Below are positions 18,074 to 26,175 of a stretch of DNA of 58,779 bases, one piece after another. The translations under genes and the position numbers were made by a program. The stretch comes from an uncultured Acidimicrobiaceae bacterium (lineage in GTDB: Bacteria > Actinomycetota > Acidimicrobiia > Acidimicrobiales > RAAP-2): positions 1 through 58,779 of the forward strand of contig CAZNLF010000001.1 in the NCBI GenBank assembly GCA_964573595.1, given 5' to 3'. The stretch's first letter is position 1. Every line of letters starts with the position of its first letter. A model generated the notes under the pieces. The model had not been told where the DNA came from. It did not search any database and saw nothing but the letters and a program-made list of their open reading frames with translations.

Positions 18074-20126
18074 GGTCGCTCACCACCGGCTTTACCTCGG
18101 CGGACGCGCCGTTGGGCGCCGGAGGCGGACCGCCACCACCACCGTCCGCCCCGACTAGCGGGCCGGACGGGCCGGGTGGGTCGCCCCCGTGATCGACCGG
18201 CCGGAAGAGGAGGTTCTGCATTCGGAGGGTGGAGCGCCGCTTCTGGTATTCGAGGATCCCCTCGGGGTGGGCCGAGTAGGTCAGCGCGCCGAAGGCGAAG
18301 AACACCACCACCAGGCTGTTCCCGCCGAGCCGGGACGGTACGTAGGTGAGCAGCTGTTGGAGGATCACGAACCCGAACCCGGCCTGGAGCGCCCCTTCGA
18401 CGGTGCTCGCCCCGGTGGTGACGACCACCACCACGAAGACCAGCGAGATCTGGTAGCTGAACAGGTCCGGGTTCACCTGTTGCTGCTGGATGGACAGCAT
18501 GGTCCCACCGATGCCGGCCACCACCCCGGACAGTGCGAACACCACGATGTGCTGCCAGGTGAGATTGATGCCCAGGCCGGCGGCCGCGGTCTCGCTGCCC
18601 CGCATGGCGCCCAGCAACCGGCCCGTGGACCCCCGGCGGACCAGTTGCACCCCGGCGATGCAGACGAGCAGCACGATCATGGCGGTGATGAAGAAGGCGT
18701 GTCCGTTGGGGTGCAGGATGCCCAGGCCCACCCACTCGGGCTTGATGCCGACGGTCTGGCCGTTGCTGCTGTTCAACTGCGGGAACACGGCGTTGTCGAA
18801 GAACAGGGCGGCGGCGATGGTCAACAGGGCCAGGCCCAGCCCGCGCAGGCGCACCGAGGCGAAGGCCAGCACCACCGCCACCGCGGCGGCGGTCACCGCA
18901 CCCACCAGGCCACCGAGCAACAGGCTGAGGCCGAAGTGGGTGGCCAGCTGGGCGGCCGTGTAGGCCCCCACCCCGGCCAGCGTCGCCTGGGCCAAGGAGA
19001 GCTGACCGCCCATGCCGGTGATGAGGGTGATGGAGAGGAAGACGATCGAGTAGACCAGCCCGGCGTTGAACACGTTCTCCCACGTCGTCGGGAGCCACGT
19101 CAGCATGGACACCACGAAGGCCCCGAGCAGGATGTACCAACCGACCCGGACGATCCGGTCGATCTGGGGCGCCCGGAGGGCGGAGACCGTCGGCGGGGTC
19201 GGCGGGTCGACCGAGGACAGGGGGTCCTTCGTGTGGTCGAGCTGTCGGAGGCCGGGCACGAGGAGGAGCGCGGCGATCAGCACGATGAACGGGAGCGAGG
19301 TCAGCGCGGCGGACGACCACACGCTGCTGACCGGCAGGTACCCCTGCGCCACGGTGGACGCCACGCCCATCAGGATGCCCACCAGGACGGCGATGGGCAT
19401 GGAGCGCAGCACGGCCCAGGCGGCGGCGGCAAAGGCCGCCACCATCAGCGCCGCGTAGTCGCTGGACTGGAGCTGTCCGTAGATGGGGGCCAGCAGCACG
19501 CCGGCCAGTCCGGCCATCAGGCCGGAGATGGCCCAGGCCACCGCCACCACGCGGCCGGCGTTCACGCCGTCCAGCTCGATGAGGCGGCGGCTCTCCACCG
19601 CCCCCCGCATCTGCAGGCCCAGGTTGGTGAGCCGCATCAGGACGACGAGGGCGATCAGGATCACCGCCGTGGTCAGCACCGTGGTCATGTAGATCCCGTT
19701 GATCGGGGTTCCCGCCACCCGGAAGTAGACCGTGTCCGGATTGAACAGGATGCTCGGCGGGTTGTACTGGTTGGCGCTGCCGAAGATGACCGACAGCACG
19801 CTCGGGATCCCGACGAACAGACTGATCCCGGTGACCAGCTTGGCCGTCGTGTTGGTGTTGGCGATGTGACGGAAGAGGAACCGGTCGAACGCCAGGCCGA
19901 GGCCCGGGGCCAGGATCACCACCGACAACAGGAAGGACAGCCACACCGGCAGGCCCTCGTTCTGGACCAGCCAGGTGAACAGGAAGGCCGAGGTGTAGGC
20001 CTGGGCGCCGTAGGCGAAGTTGAAGACGCCGGTGGCCTGATACGTGAGCACCAGGCCCACGGCGACGATCGCATAGGTGCAGCCGTAGGGGACCCCGGGT
20101 ATCGCGAAACCCAGAAAGTGCTCCAC
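18066..20126 (-). CDS. fused LivH/LivM-type ABC permease
   Basis: 686 aa and hydrophobic throughout, about twice the length of a single Liv permease. The C-terminal tail is Gly/Pro-rich. Confidence 0.85.
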   Translation of the reverse strand: MEHFLGFAIPGVPYGCTYAIVAVGLVLTYQATGVFNFAYGAQAYTSAFLFTWLVQNEGLPVWLSFLLSVVILAPGLGLAFDRFLFRHIANTNTTAKLVTGISLFVGIPSVLSVIFGSANQYNPPSILFNPDTVYFRVAGTPINGIYMTTVLTTAVILIALVVLMRLTNLGLQMRGAVESRRLIELDGVNAGRVVAVAWAISGLMAGLAGVLLAPIYGQLQSSDYAALMVAAFAAAAWAVLRSMPIAVLVGILMGVASTVAQGYLPVSSVWSSAALTSLPFIVLIAALLLVPGLRQLDHTKDPLSSVDPPTPPTVSALRAPQIDRIVRVGWYILLGAFVVSMLTWLPTTWENVFNAGLVYSIVFLSITLITGMGGQLSLAQATLAGVGAYTAAQLATHFGLSLLLGGLVGAVTAAAVAVVLAFASVRLRGLGLALLTIAAALFFDNAVFPQLNSSNGQTVGIKPEWVGLGILHPNGHAFFITAMIVLLVCIAGVQLVRRGSTGRLLGAMRGSETAAAGLGINLTWQHIVVFALSGVVAGIGGTMLSIQQQQVNPDLFSYQISLVFVVVVVTTGASTVEGALQAGFGFVILQQLLTYVPSRLGGNSLVVVFFAFGALTYSAHPEGILEYQKRRSTLRMQNLLFRPVDHGGDPPGPSGPLVGADGGGGGPPPAPNGASAEVKPVVSDHG

Positions 20127-20166
20127 CTCCGGCGCGACTCCTACCGGGACCCGGCTGCGCTCAGCT

Positions 20167-21459
20167 TCATGCCCCCGGGGTTCCCTTCGGTGGCGTGACC
20201 ACCTTCGGATTGTTCACGCTGGAGTTCACGCAGACGAAGACCTGCTTCCCCTTGGCGAAGACCGTCACGTACTTGCTGCCGTTGACCTGGACGTAGTTGG
20301 TGCAGTTGGGAACGGTGTAGCTGACGTGGCTGACCTTCCAGTTGACCGGTGAGGACAGGCCGCCGGCGGTGAAGTTGGTGATGTTGTTGGTGGCGCTGAT
20401 GACGCTGGCCTGGGTGACGTTGCTGCCCGCGGCCTTGACCCCTGCGGCCAGGAGCGCCGCCGACTGCCACCCGTCGAACGTGACGCTGTTCAGGACGTAG
20501 GACGGCTCGTACTTCTTCATGGCGGCGAGGTACTGCTGCATTCCCGGGTAGGTGTTCCCGTACTTGGCGGTGTTGGCGGCCTCGAAGGGCACGTCGCCCA
20601 CGTCCTCGACGTAGACGTTCTGCATCACGCTCCGGTACTGATTGAGCAGCGCCTGGTCGTAGCCGTTCAGCCACAGCTGCTTGATCTTGAGACCGTACTG
20701 CTGGATGTCCCGACCGAGGGTGATGTCGTCCGAGGCCTGGATGCAGGTGACGACCGCCTGCGAACCGGCCTGCTGCATGCGCTGCACGTCGGAGGAGTAA
20801 CTACCGCCGAGCTGGGCGCTGACGTCGGAGTAGACGTTGTACCCGGCCTTCTTCATGGCCTTGGCATAGGCGGAGCAGGCGTCGTACGACGAGGCGATGC
20901 CCGGCCCGTAGCTGACGAAGGCCACCGACTTCGCGTTCACCTTCTTCAGGAACCAGGACAGGCTGGAGTACGCCGAGGAGTAGATCTGGGTGGAGCCGCC
21001 CACGGCGAACAGGTTCGGTGCCGTCTGCCAGTTGGCGCTGACGTTGTACCCGTAGGTCGGGGTGTTCGTGGAGACGAAGTAGTTCGGGGTGAACCACGCC
21101 GAGGCCACCCCGACGGCGAACACGTGGTCCTGGTCGATGAGGGTGTGGGTCAGTTGGGTGAACTGGCTCGGTGATCCGCCGTCGTCGAGGTTCTGGGTCA
21201 GCACGATCTTGTGCCCGTTCACGCCGCCGGTGGCGTCGATCGTCTTGAAGTAGGCGATCATGCCCGGCGCCAGGCCCCCGAAGAAGCCGGCGAGGGGCCC
21301 TGTCCGCGACGAGATCGCCCCCACGTTGATCTGGGCGCCGGGTGCCACCGACGTGGTGCTCGCCCCGGCCGTCGCCGTCCCGGTCCACCCCCCCACGATG
21401 GCCGCCGTCCCGAGCGCCAGCACCACTGGCACCGACCATCTCCCCCGCTTGCTCCCCAT
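20167..21459 (-). CDS. ABC transporter substrate-binding protein (LivJ/K family, secreted)
   Basis: Signal-like N-terminus WSVPVVLALGTAAIVGG, 430 aa. GGGGGAG lies upstream of the ATG. First gene of the transporter operon. Confidence 0.85.
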   Translation of the reverse strand: MGSKRGRWSVPVVLALGTAAIVGGWTGTATAGASTTSVAPGAQINVGAISSRTGPLAGFFGGLAPGMIAYFKTIDATGGVNGHKIVLTQNLDDGGSPSQFTQLTHTLIDQDHVFAVGVASAWFTPNYFVSTNTPTYGYNVSANWQTAPNLFAVGGSTQIYSSAYSSLSWFLKKVNAKSVAFVSYGPGIASSYDACSAYAKAMKKAGYNVYSDVSAQLGGSYSSDVQRMQQAGSQAVVTCIQASDDITLGRDIQQYGLKIKQLWLNGYDQALLNQYRSVMQNVYVEDVGDVPFEAANTAKYGNTYPGMQQYLAAMKKYEPSYVLNSVTFDGWQSAALLAAGVKAAGSNVTQASVISATNNITNFTAGGLSSPVNWKVSHVSYTVPNCTNYVQVNGSKYVTVFAKGKQVFVCVNSSVNNPKVVTPPKGTPGA

Positions 21460-21518
21460 ATCGACGACTCCCCCTATTCGAGCCCCGGCGTGGTGCCGAC
21501 GCTGGTGGTCCCCTGCAA

Positions 21519-21530
21519 AAACAGCTGTTT
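21519..21530. promoter_or_regulatory. perfect 12-bp palindrome AAACAGCTGTTT (candidate operator)
   Basis: Lies 60-70 nt upstream of the binding-protein start, just downstream of the promoter-like hexamers. Confidence 0.3.
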
Positions 21531-21540
21531 GCCGGGCCTG

Positions 21541-21569
21541 TGTTTAAGGCACCGGCACCGCCTTGTCAA
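21541..21569 (-). promoter_or_regulatory. sigma-70-like promoter candidate for the Liv-type operon
   Basis: The minus strand reads TTGACA-N17-TAAACA. The -35 is perfect. The -10 lacks the final T. The patch is locally AT-rich. Confidence 0.3.
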
Positions 21570-21571
21570 CA

Positions 21572-22111
21572 TTAGTTTTTCGGGGCGGCCGCCGGGTGGC
21601 GCGGCGGGCCCCCGCACAGGACGTCGACCGGGACGCCCAGCTCCCCGATGTCGGCCCGCTCGTTGTCCTCGCTGTAGCGGAGACCCTGGACATTGAACAG
21701 GTGGACCTCGTCCGCCGCCACGGGGAACGGGCCCCAGTGCCACGTCCCCTGGTAGAGGACGACGGAGTCGAGTGGCTCCAGGACGAAGGCGGCGATCAGC
21801 GACACATCGGCCGGGGACGAAAGGTCGGCGGTCGGCGGGGCGACGGCCAGCACGGCGGTGACGTCGAGCGGCATGAGCACCTGGGTGTGGGTGAGGTGGC
21901 GGAAGAGCGCCAGACAGCGCAGGCCACCCTCCACCTCGGGCACCTCGTCCCTCCGGTGGGAGATGCGGTTGACGTGCACGTCGTCCCAGTCGAACACGAG
22001 CCGCGACGCACCGTCTTCGGGGTCGGTGTCGGGGACCGGCAACCAGCCGAACGGGGCCCAGGCGGCCGGGTCCACCGGACCCGGAATGATCTGTCGCACC
22101 GGTCCACCCAT
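21572..22111 (-). CDS. ureidoglycolate lyase (AllA)-family protein
   Basis: 179 aa. FRHLTHTQVLMPL (compare ERHPxxTQ) and QGTWHWGPFP resemble AllA-family motifs. Confidence 0.5.
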   Translation of the reverse strand: MGGPVRQIIPGPVDPAAWAPFGWLPVPDTDPEDGASRLVFDWDDVHVNRISHRRDEVPEVEGGLRCLALFRHLTHTQVLMPLDVTAVLAVAPPTADLSSPADVSLIAAFVLEPLDSVVLYQGTWHWGPFPVAADEVHLFNVQGLRYSEDNERADIGELGVPVDVLCGGPPRHPAAAPKN

Positions 22112-22208
22112 GTTGCACGCCTCCGTCGCGATCTAGTGTGAGGGCTCAACCTAACATCGGCCTCGCCCGCCGGCCCAGAGGACGGATCCAGGGGACAAAG
22201 GAGCAAGC

Positions 22209-22598
22209 ATGGCCATGGACGTACGCAACATCGAGAACGCCGCCCCGGTCGTCGAGCACAACGGCACCGTCCCCGTGTGGTGGATGGTCAACTCGCGGGA
22301 GATGAAAGAGCAGACCGACGGTGGGTTCCTGGAGTTGGTGAACGAGTTCGAGGTCGCGGGCGGCGGGTACGTCCACCCCCACTCCCACCCGACCCACGAG
22401 TTCTACTACGTGCTCCGCGGACGGGGCATCATGACCATCGGAGACGAGGAGCGGTTGATCGCCCAGGGCGACCTGGTCCACATCCCGCCCGACGAGGTCC
22501 ACAGCCTCCGGCCGGTGAGCGACAACGCGTCCATCCACTGCTTCTGCTTCGCCATCGGGGTCAAGGGCGCCGGGCCCATCGACTACACCCACCACTGA
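22209..22598 (+). CDS. cupin-domain protein
   Basis: Cupin motif GGGYVHPHSHPTHEFYYVLRGRG. AAAGGAG lies upstream of the ATG. Confidence 0.75.
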   Translation: MAMDVRNIENAAPVVEHNGTVPVWWMVNSREMKEQTDGGFLELVNEFEVAGGGYVHPHSHPTHEFYYVLRGRGIMTIGDEERLIAQGDLVHIPPDEVHSLRPVSDNASIHCFCFAIGVKGAGPIDYTHH

Positions 22599-22625
22599 GC
22601 GGGGGCGCCGCCGACCGAACCAGCC

Positions 22626-23267
22626 TCAGCCCGGGGACGTCGCGTCCTCCACGAGCGACGCGTCGAGACCGAGGATCTCGACGGTGGTCGAGCCCTGCCT
22701 GAGGGCGTCGAAGTAGCCCGCCTCTGCCGACTCCCGGGCACGACCGGCGGCCAGCACCTCCTCGACCGCGTCACCCGGCACCACCACCACGCCGTCGACG
22801 TCGCCCACCACCCAGTCACCCGCCCGGACCCTGACCCCGGCAACGGTGGTGGGTGCGCCGACGGCGCCACGGTTCGACTTCGTGGCCCCGGGCAGTGCCA
22901 CCGTCCTCGAGAACACCGGGAAGGCCAGTCGCTCCAGGGCCGCCACGTCACGGACCCCGCCGTCGATGACCAGTCCGGCCAGGCCGCGGGCCAGGGCACC
23001 GGTGGTCAGCACCTCCCCCCAGTACCCGCGGTCGGGCACATCGCCCACGTCCACGACGAGCGCCGAACCGGCGGGGGCACGGGTGACCGCCACGTGGATG
23101 GCCAGGTTGTCCCCGGGAGTGCAGCGCACCGGAAAGGCCGGGGCGGCCAGCGTGGCGCCGGCCCAGACCGGTCGGATCCGGGAGGGCATGGCCGAGGCCC
23201 CCGACTCCCCCAGGGTGGCGGCACCCAGCTCCGCCAGTGCCCCGGCTGTCTCCGTCGTGGTTGCCAT
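22626..23267 (-). CDS. RraA-family protein (HMG/CHA aldolase-like)
   Basis: MATTTETAGAL..., GLVIDGGVRD. Only the last 214 aa of the 423-aa track ORF look like protein. ATG at 23267. Confidence 0.8.
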   Translation of the reverse strand: MATTTETAGALAELGAATLGESGASAMPSRIRPVWAGATLAAPAFPVRCTPGDNLAIHVAVTRAPAGSALVVDVGDVPDRGYWGEVLTTGALARGLAGLVIDGGVRDVAALERLAFPVFSRTVALPGATKSNRGAVGAPTTVAGVRVRAGDWVVGDVDGVVVVPGDAVEEVLAAGRARESAEAGYFDALRQGSTTVEILGLDASLVEDATSPG

Positions 23268-23299
23268 GGTCCCTTCCCGTCCGTGCCGTCGACCGACCG

Positions 23300-23857
23300 T
23301 CAGTCGCGCAGCGCCACCGTCACTTCGATCTCCACCGCCCCGCCCCGCGGGAGTGCGGCCACGCCCACGGCCGACCGCGTGTGCCGTCCCGACTCCCCGA
23401 ACACCTGGTACAGGACCGAGCTGGCCCCGTCCACGACCTCCGGCTGCCGATGGAAGTCCGGATCGGACGCCACGTAGCCGGTCACCGTCAGCACCCGTTC
23501 CACCCGGTCGAGCGAGCCGAGCTCCGCCTCGAGGACGGCCAGGGCGTTGAGGGCGCAGACCGCCGCGGCCTCGGTGCCCTCCTCCACGCTGACCGTGGAA
23601 CCGAGCCGGCCCGAGCAGGTGAGGCGGCCGTCGATGCGAGGGAGCTGGCCCGAGGTCCTCGCCACCCCACCGTGGACCACCACGGCATCGAGCGGATCGT
23701 GGGGAGGGTGGGGACCGTGCAGCACCAGTCCGAGCTCGGCGAGGCGCTCCCGGACACGACCGGTTCCGGCGACGGGCCCGGACTCCGCAGTCGACCGTCC
23801 GTCCGAACGGCCACCGGCCGGCATGCCGGCCGGTGCATCTTCCACGGATCGGGACAT
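23300..23857 (-). CDS. RidA/YjgF-family protein
   Basis: C-terminal RSAVGVAALPRGGAVEIEV and SGQLP. AGGAGGA lies upstream of the ATG at 23857. The real start could be further downstream. Confidence 0.7.
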   Translation of the reverse strand: MSRSVEDAPAGMPAGGRSDGRSTAESGPVAGTGRVRERLAELGLVLHGPHPPHDPLDAVVVHGGVARTSGQLPRIDGRLTCSGRLGSTVSVEEGTEAAAVCALNALAVLEAELGSLDRVERVLTVTGYVASDPDFHRQPEVVDGASSVLYQVFGESGRHTRSAVGVAALPRGGAVEIEVTVALRD

Positions 23858-24165
23858 CGGACAGTATCCTCCTGCGACAGGCCGAGGGTGGGCCCACCGG
23901 TTCGGGCAGACACTAGCGCCGGGCCCCGGGTCCGGACGAGGCCCCGGAGCGCCCCGTCGATTGACCGACGGGGCACGGTCGGTCATGCTGCTGGCTCGGG
24001 TCCGGCGTCGACACCGGCGACGGCGCCGGGGGTACTGGTCACGCCACGGGAACTGGTCACGAGGCACTGGGGGAACATGACTGACAGCACGAGGAGCAGG
24101 GCCGGCCGACACCTCTCGCCGCCACCTTCCCCGCGTAGCCCCGGCGGCCGGTTCCGGCGGGGGCG

Positions 24166-25761
24166 GTGACCGGCATGGCGACCATGCCCCCCGAGCAGCT
24201 CCATGCCGTGGCGACGAGCTACGGCGACGAGCGGGCCTACCTGGTGGTCGGAGGCGGCGAACTGACGTTCCGGATGTGGGACGACACCGCCAGCCGCCTG
24301 GCCCGGGCGCTGGTCGGGGCCGGCGTCGCCCCCGACGACCGGGTGGCCATCCACCTCGAGCCGGCGAACGCCCTGCGGTGGGTCATCTCCTACGCCGCCG
24401 TCCACCGCGCCGGAGCGGTGGCCGTGCCCCTCAATCCCCAGCTGACCCGCCCCGAGCTGGAGCGGATGCTGACGCACTGCGGGGCGAGGGCGTCGATCAC
24501 CGAGGAGACCCTGCTGGAGCGCTACCCGGCCGGCCGGCCGGAATTGGTGGTGCGCGTCCCGAGCGCCGGGCCCGGGGACGAGGACGCGGACCGGGGCGGG
24601 GGCGGACCGGGGGCCGGCGAGGGAGTTGTCGGGTGGTCGGAGTTCCTGAGCGACGACCCGACGTACTTCCAGGTGCCACGTGATCCCGGGGACCTGGCCG
24701 ACATCATGTACACGTCGGGCACCACCGGGAGCCCCAAGGCGGTGGCCGTCCGCCACGACAACTACTCGCTGATCCCCTTTCGCAAGCCCCAGTGGAGCGG
24801 CGGGGGCTGGCTGCACGCCAGCCCGCCCTACACCTTCGCCGGGCTGGCCTTCGTGTACACGCCGATGAAGCTCGGCCTCCGGGCCATCTACCAACCCCGG
24901 TTCGACGCCGAGAGCTGGTTCGACGTGGTGGAGTCCGAACGACCGGGGTCCGTGTTCCTGGTGCCGGCCATGGCGGCGCTGCTGCTCGAGCACCCACGGT
25001 TCGCCACCGCCGACTTCAGCTCGGTGCAGCTCTGCAGCATCGGGAGCGCGCCCCTCGCACCATTCGTCCTGGAACAGTTGCAGAACCGCATGCCCGAGGC
25101 GCTGGTGTCCAACAACTACGGCATGACCGAGGCCGGTTCGGTCTACTGCCTGATGCCACCCGGGGAGGCGGTCAAGCGCCCGGGGTCCGTGGGCAAGCCG
25201 CTCCCGCCGGCCGAGGTCGTCTGCGTGGACGACGCCGGCGAACCGGTCCCGCCCGACCAGGTCGGGCAGGTCCGCATGCGGATACCCGGGCGACCCCGCG
25301 AGTACTTCGGTGATCCGGAGGCGACGGCCAAGACCTGGGTCGACGGCTGGCTGGTCACCGGCGACCTCGGGCGAATCGACGAGGACGGCTACCTCTACAT
25401 CGTCGGCCGGAGCAAGGACGTCATCATCAGGGGAGGCAACAACATCCATCCCACCGATGTCGAGCATGCCATCGAGTCGCATCCCGCCGTCCGTGAGGTG
25501 GCGGTCGTGGGAACGCCCCACCCGGTGCTGGGTGAGGACGTGGTCGCCTTCGTCACCCTGCGCCCGGGCATGGACGCCACCCCCGAGGCCCTCCGTGCCC
25601 ACACGCTGGAGCTCTTGGCCAAGTACAAGGTCCCGCGGCAGTGGCACATCGTCGACGGGCTCCCGAGGAACGCCACCGGCAAGGTCCTGAAGCAGGAGCT
25701 CCGCACCCGGCTCGACGCCGAGGGAGCCCTCGGCCCCTCCGCAGGAAAGGCGGTCGGGTGA
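24166..25761 (+). CDS. AMP-dependent acyl-CoA synthetase/ligase
   Basis: YTSGTTGSPKAV, GDLGRIDEDGYLYIVGRSKD and C-terminal PRNATGKV. Confidence 0.9.
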   Translation: MTGMATMPPEQLHAVATSYGDERAYLVVGGGELTFRMWDDTASRLARALVGAGVAPDDRVAIHLEPANALRWVISYAAVHRAGAVAVPLNPQLTRPELERMLTHCGARASITEETLLERYPAGRPELVVRVPSAGPGDEDADRGGGGPGAGEGVVGWSEFLSDDPTYFQVPRDPGDLADIMYTSGTTGSPKAVAVRHDNYSLIPFRKPQWSGGGWLHASPPYTFAGLAFVYTPMKLGLRAIYQPRFDAESWFDVVESERPGSVFLVPAMAALLLEHPRFATADFSSVQLCSIGSAPLAPFVLEQLQNRMPEALVSNNYGMTEAGSVYCLMPPGEAVKRPGSVGKPLPPAEVVCVDDAGEPVPPDQVGQVRMRIPGRPREYFGDPEATAKTWVDGWLVTGDLGRIDEDGYLYIVGRSKDVIIRGGNNIHPTDVEHAIESHPAVREVAVVGTPHPVLGEDVVAFVTLRPGMDATPEALRAHTLELLAKYKVPRQWHIVDGLPRNATGKVLKQELRTRLDAEGALGPSAGKAVG

Positions 25762-26123
25762 GGGTCACGCGCACGCTGCACCACAGTGTCAACGTCCAGG
25801 GGCAGCTGCCCGGGGCCGTCGACTTCTACCGTCGGCTCCTGGAACTGCCCGACGAGCCCCGTCCGGTGATCCCCGGCGTCGAGGGGCACTGGTTCGGGGC
25901 GGGGGGCATCCAGCTCCACCTGGTCGACGCTCCGGCCGACGGCACCATCCAGCCCACCGGCCCCCACGTCTGCTTCGCCGTCGCCGACCTGCCGGCCGCC
26001 GTCGCGGAGCTCGAGGCAGCCGGCATCCCCTTCGTGGAGGGCGCACAGGGGGCGACCGTGCAGATCTGGTTCGTCGACCCGGCCGGCAACACCGTCGAGA
26101 TCCAACAGGATCCCGACATCTGA
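25758..26123 (+). CDS. VOC (glyoxalase/bleomycin-resistance/dioxygenase) family protein
   Basis: The GTG overlaps the ligase stop (GTGA). HHSVNV, HVCFAV and DPAGNTVEI. Confidence 0.75.
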   Translation: MRVTRTLHHSVNVQGQLPGAVDFYRRLLELPDEPRPVIPGVEGHWFGAGGIQLHLVDAPADGTIQPTGPHVCFAVADLPAAVAELEAAGIPFVEGAQGATVQIWFVDPAGNTVEIQQDPDI

Positions 26124-26149
26124 GGTCCGACGGGCCCCGGCCGGGAGGG

Positions 26150-26171
26150 CGGTCGGGTCGCGGCCCGACCG
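26150..26171. terminator. hairpin between convergent genes
   Basis: CGGTCGGG-TCGCGG-CCCGACCG, an 8-bp stem between the VOC stop (26123) and the ACAD stop (26176). Confidence 0.3.
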
Positions 26172-26175
26172 GACG

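Noticed and set aside
17959-20198. ORFs 17959..19944 (-) and 18189..20198 (+), 661 and 669 aa.
   Set aside because: These are alternative frames of the Liv permease gene. They are hydrophilic and Arg/Gly/His/Asp-rich with no motifs. The permease frame is hydrophobic and family-like.
22626-23897. The 423-aa version of the RraA-like ORF, and the 270-aa version of the RidA-like ORF (23300..24112).
   Set aside because: The N-terminal extensions are Arg/Gly-rich and overlap the neighbouring gene. Internal ATGs (23267 and 23857, the latter with AGGAGGA) give family-typical lengths.
23993-24088. A 31-codon Arg-rich sORF (MLLARVRRRHRRRRRGYWSRHGNWSRGTGGT) in the RidA/ligase spacer.
   Set aside because: It has no RBS and shadow-like composition. 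The direct DNA repeat is more likely a regulatory element than coding.
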